Source: Hyaloraphidium curvatum SAG 235-1 | Taxonomy: Eukaryota; Fungi; Monoblepharomycota | Assembly (NCBI GenBank): GCA_025558095.1 | Contig: JAIVFI010000018.1 | Span: forward strand, 558,001 to 622,000 | Direction of reading: 5' to 3' | DNA: 64,000 nt | Shown here: one piece after another, positions 47,514 through 57,673 of the stretch | How positions within the stretch are numbered: the first letter of the stretch is position 1 | Layout of the letters: each line of letters starts with the position of its first letter | Notes under the pieces: generated by a model | Database searches by the model: none | Told to the model about the DNA's origin: nothing | The model's input: the letters and a program-made list of their open reading frames with translations, nothing else | Position numbers and translations under genes: made by a program

Positions 47514-49965
47514 ATGGCCGCGGCACCCGTGCTGGTTTGCGAGCCCGGCTCGATCAGCATCAAGCAGGCAGAGGACAAGATTTACGCGCCCGGTTCGCCG
47601 TGCGAGCTTGCCGACTTCTTCTGCGAAGGTCCGTAGCTGGATTTTGGGGCCGTGGACATCCGGAATCCCGCTCACGGATGCTGGAACAGGCCGGAAGCAG
47701 ACTCTTTTCAAGAACGCCCTCCCCAACATCCGCGCCCACTATGAGAACACCATTGCCAACTTCGGCAACAACCCTTACCTGACCATGTACACGCCCGAGG
47801 GGAACGTCGAGGTGGGCGGCTGCGCGTGGGACGAGCTGCGGCCTCCTTCACTTACGTGGCGACTCTGGCAGGCCGGAGAATGGAACAGGATGACCTACAA
47901 CACGATGCACAGGAACCACATCGTTCCCCTGAGCCACGCCCTGCGCCGGATGGGGCTCCAGAAGGGCGACCGTATCGCTGTGGCGATGAGGAACTGGCCC
48001 GAGGTGCGCGAGCGGACGGGCTCGCCTTCGAAGGGGCTCATCGTTCTTCTCTCCTCAGTACCTGATCATCCTGTGGACGTGCTTCGCCAACGGCTACGTC
48101 CTCGTCCCCGTCAACGCCCACCTCGTGCCCGCGGAGATGGCCTTTGTCGTCGGCGACTGCGGCGCCGCGGCGGTCTTTGCCGACCCCGGCAACGCGGAAA
48201 AGATCCTCCAGGAGCGCAGGTCGCTCGGCGACCTGAAGCACATCATCTACACCCGCAGCGCCGGCCGGCCGCCGCTGCCCGGTACGGTCACGTACGAGGA
48301 GGTCGTGGGGTCGGAGCGCGGGAAGCACGGCGACAAGCTGCCCGAGGTCTCGCTGACCTGGGAAGACAACGCTAGGTTGGTTGCGCGGTGGAGCGGGCAT
48401 GCAGCCGTGCAGGTTGCTCACCGCGACTTTCCAACAGCCTGATGTACAGCTCGGGCACTACCGGAAAGCCCAAGGGCGTCCTTCACGGCCACAAGAGCTG
48501 GTGCATGAGCCCCGTGAACGGCCAGGCGCTGGGCCTCCGCACCTTTATGCGCGCGGGCATGATCAACGAGCTCCCGCCCGCCGACGCCCCAGCGCCGCCG
48601 ACGGGGACCTTCCTCGTCGCCGCGCCCTTCTTCCACATCAACGGGACCGGCCTTGCCTACGGCCAGACGCTCGCGGGGGCGCACGCGGTCATCATGTACA
48701 AGTGGGATGCCGCGATCGCGCTGAAGATTATCGAGGAGCAGAAGATCACCTACTTTGGCGGAGGTGTGTTCCCCGTTGCGTTCGATCCGGCTTGATTCTT
48801 ACGCGTGTGTCCCAGTGCCGACCATGGCCTGGCAGATGGTCACGCACCCCGACCTCGCCAAGCGCGACGTCTCCTCACTCGCGTCCCTCTACTCTGGCGG
48901 GTCCCACTCCTCCCCTGAACTCTTCCAGGGCATCAAGGACAAGATGAAGGCCACGGGCGCCCAGAACGGCTACGGCGTGGGTGGCTCCCGACTACTTGCC
49001 GTCCTCCCCCTCACGCCCTTTCCGGCACAGGCCACCGAGAACTTCCTCGCCAGCTGCAACACCGGCTACGACTACGAGCGCAAGCCCGGCTCCGTCGGCG
49101 TGCCCTGCCGCCACATCACCATCAAGATCACCAACGACGACGGCACCAAGATCCTGCCCCCGAACGTGCCCGGCGAGATCTGGGTGCGCTCGCCCACGCT
49201 CATGAAGGAGTACTGGCGCAACCCCAAGGCCACGACCGAGTCCATGGTGGATGGATTCTACAAGGCCGGGGACATCGGGTACCTCGACGACGAGGGGTAC
49301 CTGTACATCACCGACAGGTCTAAGGACATGGCACGTGTTGTCGCCGCCGCGGCAGCGAGATCCTTACTGACCCATCCCGCTTTCGTCTTTCTAGGTCATT
49401 CGCGGCGGCGAGGGTAACGGCGGGCTTCGCGACTTTACAGGTTTCAAGTTCTAATGGCTTCCCTTTTTGCAGAACATCTACACGATCGAGGTCGAAAACG
49501 CGCTCTGTAGGTCTGCCCTGCTGCTCGCGCGACTCGCTCCTTATCTCTTTCGTCATTTCACAGACAAGCACCCCGCGATCATGGAGGCCTGCGTGTTCGG
49601 CGTGAAGGAGAAGGTCCTCGGAGAGGGTGGGTGACGACGCCGCCGTCGCTCCAATACACGCTTCTAACGCCGAGGCGCTTCGCAGAGGTCGCAGCCGTCG
49701 TTCGGGTCAAGCCCAACTTCACTGGCAAGCTCACCGAGACGGAGCTCATCGAGCACTGCCGCAAGCTGCTGGCACCGTTCAAGGTCCACGTTCCCGTTGC
49801 CGCAGCCGGTTCGTTCCGCTCATCACGTTGCCCTCCGTGTCGCAGGTCCCCATCCAGATCGACGTGCGGTACGAGGAGCTGCCCCTCACCGAGTCGGGCA
49901 AGGTGCTCAAGCGCCAGCTCAAGGCCGAGGCGGAGAAGGCGCGGGAGCTCAAGGGCAAGCTATAA
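47514..49965 (+). CDS. AMP-binding long-chain acyl-CoA synthetase (multi-exon)
   Basis: YSSGTTGKPKG, PFFHING, NGYG, GEIWVRSP, GDIG..D..GYLYITDRSKDM, LPLTESGK; ends GKL*. Confidence 0.93.
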
Positions 49966-49998
49966 TCCCGCCATTGCCGTTGCCATTACAATCCGAGT

Positions 49999-51291
49999 CT
50001 AGGAGCCCAAGTCCCTCGACAGCGCCTCGGTCATGCCCGCCGCGATCGCCGCGCCGACCCCCGTCCCGGCCGCCTCGGCCCGCACGATGTCCAGCGCGCG
50101 CGACCGGGCGGCAGCGGGGACGGGCCCGATGTCCTCGTACAGGTCGCGGTTCCACGAGCGGACTAGCCGCGGCGGGCCCTCCCTAAGCGAGATGGCTGTC
50201 GCCCGCCTGCTCTCGGGGAGGGGCTCGAACTCGTCGTCCAGGGTCAGGGTGCGGGACAGCTCGAGGATGTAGTTGAGCAGTTCGGGGCTGCCCCACGAGG
50301 CGGCTTCGACGAGGAGGCGGCCGTCCTCGAAGGAAGGGTCCATGGCGATGCGCGGGGCGCGGATGCAGAGCGCCGCGAGGAGGTACTGGTTGCCGTCCAC
50401 CATCAGGAGCTGCTCTAGGAAACGGGAAGACACCTTGGGAGGGGCATGCCGCGCGATGTACCTGATGAGCGCGAGCCTGTTGTGCGATTCCGCGGCCCGT
50501 GGCCCAAGGAAGGGATCGTGCTGGCCCGCGGTCGCGAGCAGCGGCTCAGAGAGGCCCCACATGCCGCTGACGGCGAGCGAGTCGTTGCCGACAAGCACGC
50601 CGTAGCGCTGCACGAGCTCGCGCACCCGCTCCTCGTCCGAATCACGGAGCGCGGCGTTGAAGTCCGGCACGTCGTCCGAGCGGAGCTCCAGGTGCCGCTC
50701 GCCGTAGACCGTGTGGCCGTAGGTGATGAGGACCTGCAGCAGGTCGGACCTGTCCGCCACGTCCAGCAGGTAGTGGGAGGCGCGCTGCACCTGGTAGCGC
50801 GGGATGACCTGGATCCGGCCCGGGTCCGCGTCGGCGGAGAGGTGCTTGGGCAGCGGCACGAGCAGAAGGATCCGCGCGACTTCCGAGTTCATGACGGCGC
50901 CGGCGGTCTTTTGGAGAGCCAGAAGTGCGGGGGTCCTCCGGTACACGCTGGCGAGGTTCGCTTGGGGCGCCGTCGGCGACGCCGGCCCGTCTTCCTCGCC
51001 GTTCCCGGGTACCGGATGCGAGTAGAATCCCACGGCCCAGAAAAAGGCGTGCGGCACGGGCACCGCATTGCCCTCCGCGGACCGGTGCCCGGCAAAGACG
51101 CGTCCGGCCGTGCGGCGGATCCACGATGCGCGCACGACGGGGTCCAACGAGATGCGGAGGAGGTCGCGCGACGCGCACGATAAGGCGCACGGCCGCTCGA
51201 CGAGGGCAAAGACGGCCTGCAGGACCTCGTCGGGCATCGCGGAGAGAGACGCCGGCGGAGGGTCCGCCGAGTCCGGGGCGTCCTGATCCAT
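49999..51291 (-). CDS. F-box-like protein with an ankyrin-like C-terminal repeat
   Basis: LSAMPDEVLQAVFALV...LSCASR (F-box-like), LLVEAASWGSPELLNYIL (ankyrin-like); single long ORF. Confidence 0.55.
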   Translation of the reverse strand: MDQDAPDSADPPPASLSAMPDEVLQAVFALVERPCALSCASRDLLRISLDPVVRASWIRRTAGRVFAGHRSAEGNAVPVPHAFFWAVGFYSHPVPGNGEEDGPASPTAPQANLASVYRRTPALLALQKTAGAVMNSEVARILLLVPLPKHLSADADPGRIQVIPRYQVQRASHYLLDVADRSDLLQVLITYGHTVYGERHLELRSDDVPDFNAALRDSDEERVRELVQRYGVLVGNDSLAVSGMWGLSEPLLATAGQHDPFLGPRAAESHNRLALIRYIARHAPPKVSSRFLEQLLMVDGNQYLLAALCIRAPRIAMDPSFEDGRLLVEAASWGSPELLNYILELSRTLTLDDEFEPLPESRRATAISLREGPPRLVRSWNRDLYEDIGPVPAAARSRALDIVRAEAAGTGVGAAIAAGMTEALSRDLGS

Positions 51292-51443
51292 AGTTGCCGA
51301 ACGATCTGACGCGATGCCGATGAAAGACGTTCGGAAACAGGGTTGCAAGTTCAAACTCTGCTGCGGAGGAAGGCGGACTGTGGCGGGAACGGCCGCAGTG
51401 TTTGCGTTTGTTTGGACGCCGGCCACGCTACAACTTCCGCCCG

Positions 51444-52687
51444 ATGCGAGTTGGTCCGGGCCTATTCTGTCCAGTTCGTCGCCGCCATGCAGTGCTACGA
51501 TCGATTTCTGGAGCGGCAGGGACGTTTGCCGGGCCTCCGCGGCCATCTTCGAGGCGTATCAAGGCGCCGTCGGGCGGACGACGTGCCCTCTCCGTGGCGC
51601 ACAAAAGGACGGCGGAAAGGGCCGAGCGGTTGCTGAAGCTCGCCGAGTCGACGCGTTTGCGTCGGCGTGTCGAGGAATTGGACGCGTCGGGCGATATGAA
51701 CGGCATGCTGGCGAGCGTTGACCGCGAGACGTTGGCCTTCGAAACACTCCGCGACCGGGTGGCCGAGCTGCGGCTGGCGGACGAGCTGGCTGCGCTGGAA
51801 GACTCGGAGGAGGCGGCCAAGGTGCTGGAGGAAGCGGCAGTTGCCGTCGCGGCTTCATTGGAGCAACTGCCGGAACTCCTCCTCCTGACGCTGCTGGGCG
51901 GCCCATACGATTCCCGACCAGCCTACCTCACGATCACCGGCGCAGGAAACAGCCACGGCGAGGACACGCACCTCTTCATCTTGATGCTGGAGCGGATGTA
52001 CCTGAAGTGGGCCGAGGCCGAGGGCCGCCCTGCCAGGACGGTGCTTTCCGTACCCGCACTCCCGCCGGGCCGTCCCAGGTGGACCTCGAGATCGACGGCC
52101 CCTACGCGTACGGTCTCCTGCGGTGCGACCACGGCGTGCACCGCTGCGCGTGGGTGACGGAGTTCAACCGGCTCGGCAAGCGGCAGACCACCTTTGCCGC
52201 CGTCGAGGTCGTCGCCGTCCTGGACGACGCCGACTTTTCCTCGGAACTGGAGATCGCCCCGCAGGATCTGCGGATTACCACCATGAGCGGCCCCGGCGGG
52301 CAGAGCGTCAACCGGACCGAGTCCGCCGTGCGGATCGAGCACCTCCCCACGGGCATCCAGGTGCGCGCAGAGGAGCACCCGAGCCAGCACCAGAACCGCA
52401 GGGCGGCCATGGCCCGCCTGCGCGCGCGGCTGGCGGTCGCGCTGGAGGAGCAGAGGGCGGCGAGGGTGGATGAGATCAGGGGGGAGGCGGTGCGCGCGGG
52501 GGAGGGGGAGGTGGCGAGGCATTACCTGCTGCTGGGGAACAGGAGGGTCAAGGACTCGAGGACGGGGCACGAGACGTTCGGTACCGAGGCGGTGCTGGAC
52601 GGGGAGCTGGATGGGTTCCTCCGGAGCTACCTCCGGTGGAGATCGCGGGACTATGTAGCTGCGCTAGGCAAAGAAAGTCCTTCCTAA
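51444..52687 (+). CDS. prfB: Divergent bacterial-type peptide chain release factor 2 (PrfB-like), Arg-rich N-terminus, -1 frameshift near 52060
   Basis: GPYD..A.LTI, MLERMYLKWAE, GPYAYGLL..HGVHR, GKRQTTFAAVEV, SGPGGQSVNRTESAVRIEHLPTGI, VKDSRTGHET..VLDGELDGFL. Confidence 0.82.
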
Positions 52688-52956
52688 GTTGCAGCTTCGA
52701 GCCCGCATGAAGTCAGCGAATCATGAATTGAACAGTGCGTTGATGTACTACAAATTCCGCCACCTGCGGCGACCTTTCCTTGGCCGGGTATAGATGTCCA
52801 CCTCCCCCAGTGTCCTCCGCTGTTCCCTCCTCGCTGGCATGTTGCGCCGATTGGCTTACCGTGTGATGCTCACTCATGTTCGAAAAAGGGCATGATCTCG
52901 TCGCGCATCCCGAAAAACGCATCCAAATCCGGGCAGTGGGCCGTGCTGAAAACGCA

Positions 52957-53012
52957 GTTCAAGGCTTTTGTACCCTGGCCTGCTGTTCAAGACTTTTGTA
53001 CCCTGGCCTGCT
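52957..53012. repeat. 28-bp tandem duplication with one mismatch
   Basis: GTTCAAG[G/A]CTTTTGTACCCTGGCCTGCT x2. Confidence 0.9.
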
Positions 53013-54735
53013 GTGAAAGCCATGAACTGCCTGATCCAGCCCGGGAAGGTATCGTGATTTTTCGTCCAGAAACACCTGCGATCCTGCATGCCTAACCTGG
53101 TAAAAATCGGCTTAAATCATCTCCAAGTACCGCAACTTCTCCCTCGAGTGAGATGCACGCTGATGAGCTGCCTTGCGTGCCCGCGTTTCTTCAATCGTAG
53201 GAGGCGGCGGCGAGGCGGACTCGCTTCGCACGGCCGGCGAGCGCTCGTGTTCCACGGGGGGCGGCGACTCAGGGCGTAGCCCACCAGGCCGTTGCCGAGC
53301 GACATCTGGCGCGACTGGGGTTCCAGAAGAGGGAAAGCGCCAGTGTACCACCGAGAAGCGCCGACGTTGACTACGTTGGCAAGCAGCGGTTGTCCGTGCG
53401 GCGTCTCGACGTGCTTGGGGGGTACCGAGGGCGCCCACCATGGTGAGGGCGGACCAACCATTGACAGGCGGGAAGGTCGGCCCTGGCGCCCATTGGGAGG
53501 GCCAGGAATTGGGGTTCGGCAGCAAGGGAGCTGGATTGGGGTGTGGCGGCAGAGGAATGTAGGAGGGCGGCGGTCCCGGAACGGCCACGGCAGCCATTGG
53601 GGAGGCGACCCCTGCCCGGGACCGGTTCAGTCGGCGTAGCCCATAGCTAGGGGCAGAGCATGTGCTGATAACGTGTCAGGCTCGACGTCTGGTCGAACCC
53701 CTCGAACACCGACAAAACCGATGGATTGTATGGGCGGCGGAGGCCCGACCTAAATGCATCGGCGGGAAAACGGCTGTGGCGCAGTGAGGCGCTGTCACAT
53801 GAGCCCACACAACCACCGATCCCGACAGCCGACGCTGGCCCCGCGCATCATCGACTCCCCCTGGATCGACAGTATTCAATTCCGCAGCGCCCTTCGCCGT
53901 CGGCAGGGCAGCCAGAATATGCGCCGCTTCGCGCTCCTCGGCCAGGTTTGCCAAAGTCGGGCTGCCGACTCTGGGAGCGGGTGGTCCGCGGCGCGGCCTG
54001 CCGTCGGTCAGCAATGGCATAGAAACGGTCGAGGAAGGCAGGAGTGGGAATTGAATTCGGCGAGAACAAGCCGAGGGACGGGTGTGCTTCGTTTAAGAAG
54101 GGTCGTCCGGCCGCGACGCGCGGTGCGGCGCTCCGCTGCCCCGTGGCTGCAGCGGACGGGCGGCGCGTTCGGGCCGGCGCGGCCTTGCCCTGGCAAGAGA
54201 CCCGTGCGCTCTGCGCACAAGTGGGCGCGCCTGAGCTTTAGGAAAAGGGAACGCGGGTAGTCGATTGCGGAAGAACGACCGACCCAGAGGACGCGTCTCG
54301 TCTAAGTCCAACGATAGTTCCGCATACGTTCCTGCAGACCAGTCATCAAAGAACGGTGCTCAAATACGAAGACGTGAGATGTCGCCGGCTGCATCACATG
54401 CCGTGCGAGAGTGGCTTCCACTTTCGAGGGGAAAACTGGACTTCTATACTTTCCAGCCGCTGGCCGTACGCAAAGCGCTACGGCGCCGCGCAACCGTTCC
54501 TGAAACCACAAGGTCCCATCCAGCTGATGCCCCGTTTCCCCGCGGATCAGCCTCAGGACAGCGCGACGTGCACGGCGGGGTGCACCGCGGGCTTCGGCTG
54601 CAACACCGCTGAGTTGTGACATCCGGCTCTCTACATGCGGATACCTTTACGACCTGATGCACCAATAAGGCTCTGTGCCGCCCGAGGCCGCCGCTCGAGG
54701 CCAGGACAACTTAATGACCCGCCGGAGTCCCACCG

Positions 54736-56202
54736 TCAACCGTAACACGTGGTCTGAAGTGTAAACGCGACGCCGGCTCCTCGCAAACCACCCCAAACGG
54801 CGAACGCCGCCGTCAACGCCGCCACAACCACGGCCCTCGCCGTCCCGTATGTGATCGGGAATCCGAGCAGCTTGGCGCGGAACGACGAGATCGACCCCTC
54901 GAGCTCCGCGAGGAGGTCCGCGTGGTTCCGGAGCGAGGCTAGCGCGGAAGCCATTGCGGGATCGGAGCCGTGGAGGCGGTCAGCGGCGAGGAGCAGCTCC
55001 CGCGCCGCGAGGCGCGCGGATGCGTACAGGCCCGCGGCATCGGTCGCGACGGTGTTGCACGCCGCGACGGTGGCGAGGTCCATGGAGGATTGCACGAGGA
55101 CATTGGCGGCCAGTGCGAGTTGCCATGCTGCAACGCACCCGGAAGCGAGATTTAAGGCCAGGGCGAGAGCGGAAAGGGCCGCGGAGGCGAGCAGCCAAGC
55201 CCTAATGAGCCCTAGGTACGCGAAACGGTGCGACCAGTCGATGGAGAGGAGGGCGTGGATACGGAGGTGCAGCTGCGAGTTTGGATCGGGGGAGGGGTCC
55301 GCGGGGATTAGATCGTCCGATTTTAAAGGGCCGGCGAGAAGGAACGTGCGGAAAGAGGAGATGAAGGAGCGAAGAGAAGCATCGAGCGCGCGGTGTTGGA
55401 TGCGCCGGAAAAAGGCGAGGGTGGGGTGCGTCTGGATACTGAATGCACGCGTGTAGGCGGTCAGGACGTCTGCAAGGAGAAACTTGACGAACACTAGGAC
55501 GCCGGCCACGGCACCCCAGGATGTCCACAAGGCGCCTGCAAGCGCGACCAGGGGAGTCCAGAGCAGCAGGACGAGGATGAGTCCCCATCTCGACACGTAG
55601 AAAGCGAAATCGGCAAGGCGCGCCAGGCCATCTGATCCCACGACGCGACCGGCGCAAGAGGCGGCGGGACACGGGCACAGACGGTCCAGGGGGTCGTGCC
55701 GCAAGAGAACGGAATGAGGCATCGTCTGCCGCAGCCAGATCCAGCGTAGTGCCGAGGCCAGCGGGTGCCAGTCGCCAAGGCTATTCCGCGAAGGGCGACG
55801 CGTCCTAGCGGTGGCAAGATACATGAACAAATCGGGCAGCGCACCGCCCATAGCAGCAACGCAGCCCAGGGCGAGGTGCGAGCCTGAGAAAGGGGGCCTC
55901 GGCGCGTTCAAGCCGGTCCAGACGAGCGCAGGCAGCACCGATACCAAGACGAGTGAGTAGCGCAGGAGAGGCCGGCTGAGCAACGGGGCACCGACGCGCC
56001 AGAAAGACGACGCGGCGGCGATCGCGGGGTATCCGGCGTCGCGGAGGGAGCCAGGCACGTCCAAAGGGGACCGCTCCCGTTCTGCCTGCGCCGTGTCGTC
56101 AGGAGGCCGTCCGAACCCGCGGAACGGCCCCGGTGCGGCGGGCGCGATGACGAGCCATTCCTTTGCGTCCAGGTCGGCCGCTGAGGGCGCGTTGGCCTCC
56201 AT
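54736..56202 (-). CDS. 7-TM GRL/DUF3537-like family, copy 4 (intact ORF)
   Basis: Uninterrupted ORF: DLDAKEWL, HDPLDRLCPCPAASCAG, WTPLV, RRIQHRA, SGCVAAWQ, HADLL, AKLLGFPITYGTAR..VWGGLRG..TTC. Confidence 0.85.
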   Translation of the reverse strand: MEANAPSAADLDAKEWLVIAPAAPGPFRGFGRPPDDTAQAERERSPLDVPGSLRDAGYPAIAAASSFWRVGAPLLSRPLLRYSLVLVSVLPALVWTGLNAPRPPFSGSHLALGCVAAMGGALPDLFMYLATARTRRPSRNSLGDWHPLASALRWIWLRQTMPHSVLLRHDPLDRLCPCPAASCAGRVVGSDGLARLADFAFYVSRWGLILVLLLWTPLVALAGALWTSWGAVAGVLVFVKFLLADVLTAYTRAFSIQTHPTLAFFRRIQHRALDASLRSFISSFRTFLLAGPLKSDDLIPADPSPDPNSQLHLRIHALLSIDWSHRFAYLGLIRAWLLASAALSALALALNLASGCVAAWQLALAANVLVQSSMDLATVAACNTVATDAAGLYASARLAARELLLAADRLHGSDPAMASALASLRNHADLLAELEGSISSFRAKLLGFPITYGTARAVVVAALTAAFAVWGGLRGAGVAFTLQTTCYG

Positions 56203-56297
56203 TTGGGTCCGGTCCACGCTGCTGACGGCGATGGCTTGTACAGCACGCATGCGATAGTCGGACCTTACAGCGCCGATCGAAACCGTTGGCTGTGAAC

Positions 56298-57623
56298 ATG
56301 ATGCGCCCGAAACGGCCTTCTTTACGCGAAGCAGCTGTCGAGATTGAACTGCGCCGCGAATCCGAGGGCCTCCTCGGCGCGCTCATCTTCCTGGCCGCCC
56401 TTCCCGCATACTCCTCGCCGTTCATCTCGCTACCAGTCGGACCCTTTGCCGCAGGCGTAGTTGCCTGCGCCCTTTAATGATAAACGCGTTTATGTTGCTG
56501 CGCGTCGCCGTGCGCCGGAGCCACCAACTTCGAGGCTATCACGACACGGTGGCCCCATGGGCCAAGCAAATCTTCCGATGGGAATCCCTGCTGCCTGCGG
56601 ATGGAGAAGGATCCCCGTCGTCGGCGCTCGTCGAGCACATTGCCTGGGACGAGCAGCGGTGCACCTGCCCCAGGCCCTCGTGCGCAGGCAAGCTCCCGAG
56701 CCAGGCGGCCGCGTCCTACCTCATCGTCGCCGTTTTGAGGATCGCCCTTTCGCTGGCCGTTTTCCCGGCTTTGCTGTGGACTCCCCTCATCACCCTCGGC
56801 CATTCCGTATGGTCGACCTGGTGGGGTGCCATCGTGGGCGCCCTCCTTTGTGCGTGCGCCACGGTCAGCGCGCTGCCGATAGCCTTCAGACAGGCCATGT
56901 TTCCCATCCAGCGCATGACCGAGCTGTCCCTGGGCATACAGCGCAGGGCCGCTGTCATTGTCGTCGGCGAACTCGTGCGGACCGCCCGGGAGCAGCCGGA
57001 TTCCCTGGCGAGGGTTGCCCATGACGCCCCGGCCGCGTACGTGGCGTTTCATCGCCGGATGTCGGGATCTTGGCACTCGCAAGAAAATTCGGCCATTGTG
57101 CACGGTTTCGCCCGCAGCCAGGTGTACGTCAGCCTCCCATTGCAGCTTCTGGGCCTGGCTCTGAATGCCGTGAGTGAGCTTAATTGCGTCGCTGGTTTCA
57201 CCAGCGTTGATACCTGCTTAGGCCGTTGGTGGATGCTTCACCACCTGGCAGTTCTTGATCATTTTCGCCACAGTGCAGATTTCCTTTGCCTTCCGCCTCG
57301 GCATTGCCGCCGCCAACGCCCGCGTCGCGGCCGTCACCGAAGTTTACGATTCTGGACGCACGGCGCTGCTCCAGTTGCTCGTCCAGTGGCCTGACATGCC
57401 GCCCGCAGCCGCTACGGCGATCAGGGATCACGCCGCGCTCCTTGGATGCCTTGCCGCCGAGGCGCCGCTCGCAAAGTGGTTGGGGTTTACCGTCACCTGG
57501 GGCCTGGTCCGAACGCTCGCGGTGACGGCGCTCACGGCGTTCGGCGCCCTCTGGGGCATCGTGCGCGGGCTCGGCGTGACCGTGACGATCGAGTCGGTTT
57601 GCGGAGTCGAGAAGCTCATATAG
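56298..57623 (+). pseudogene. 7-TM GRL/DUF3537-like family, copy 5 (frameshift near 56474, intron 57170-57221, N-terminus short)
   Basis: HIAWDEQRCTCPRPSCAG, WTPLI, IQRRAA, GGCFTTWQ, DHAALLGCLA, AKWLGFTVTWGLVR..IESVC; head-to-head with copy 4. Confidence 0.78.
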
Positions 57624-57673
57624 AGGGTAGACGCCGCTTCAATTGAGCAGATTCTACAAAACGATCTATCTGC

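Noticed and set aside
52040-52080. Programmed frameshift as in bacterial prfB
   Set aside because: The bacterial event is +1 at CTT-TGA near codon 25 with an upstream SD-like sequence. This break is mid-gene in a C run with no stop at the site, so a lesion or sequencing error is more likely.
53112-54020. Possible bZIP-like basic region (EETRARKAAHQRASHSREKLR)
   Set aside because: No leucine zipper follows and the frames are broken; too weak to call.
54300-54619. Coding-like fragment (FHFRGENWTSILSSRWPYAKRYG)
   Set aside because: Short, with no clear start or family; may be a gene relic but cannot be supported.
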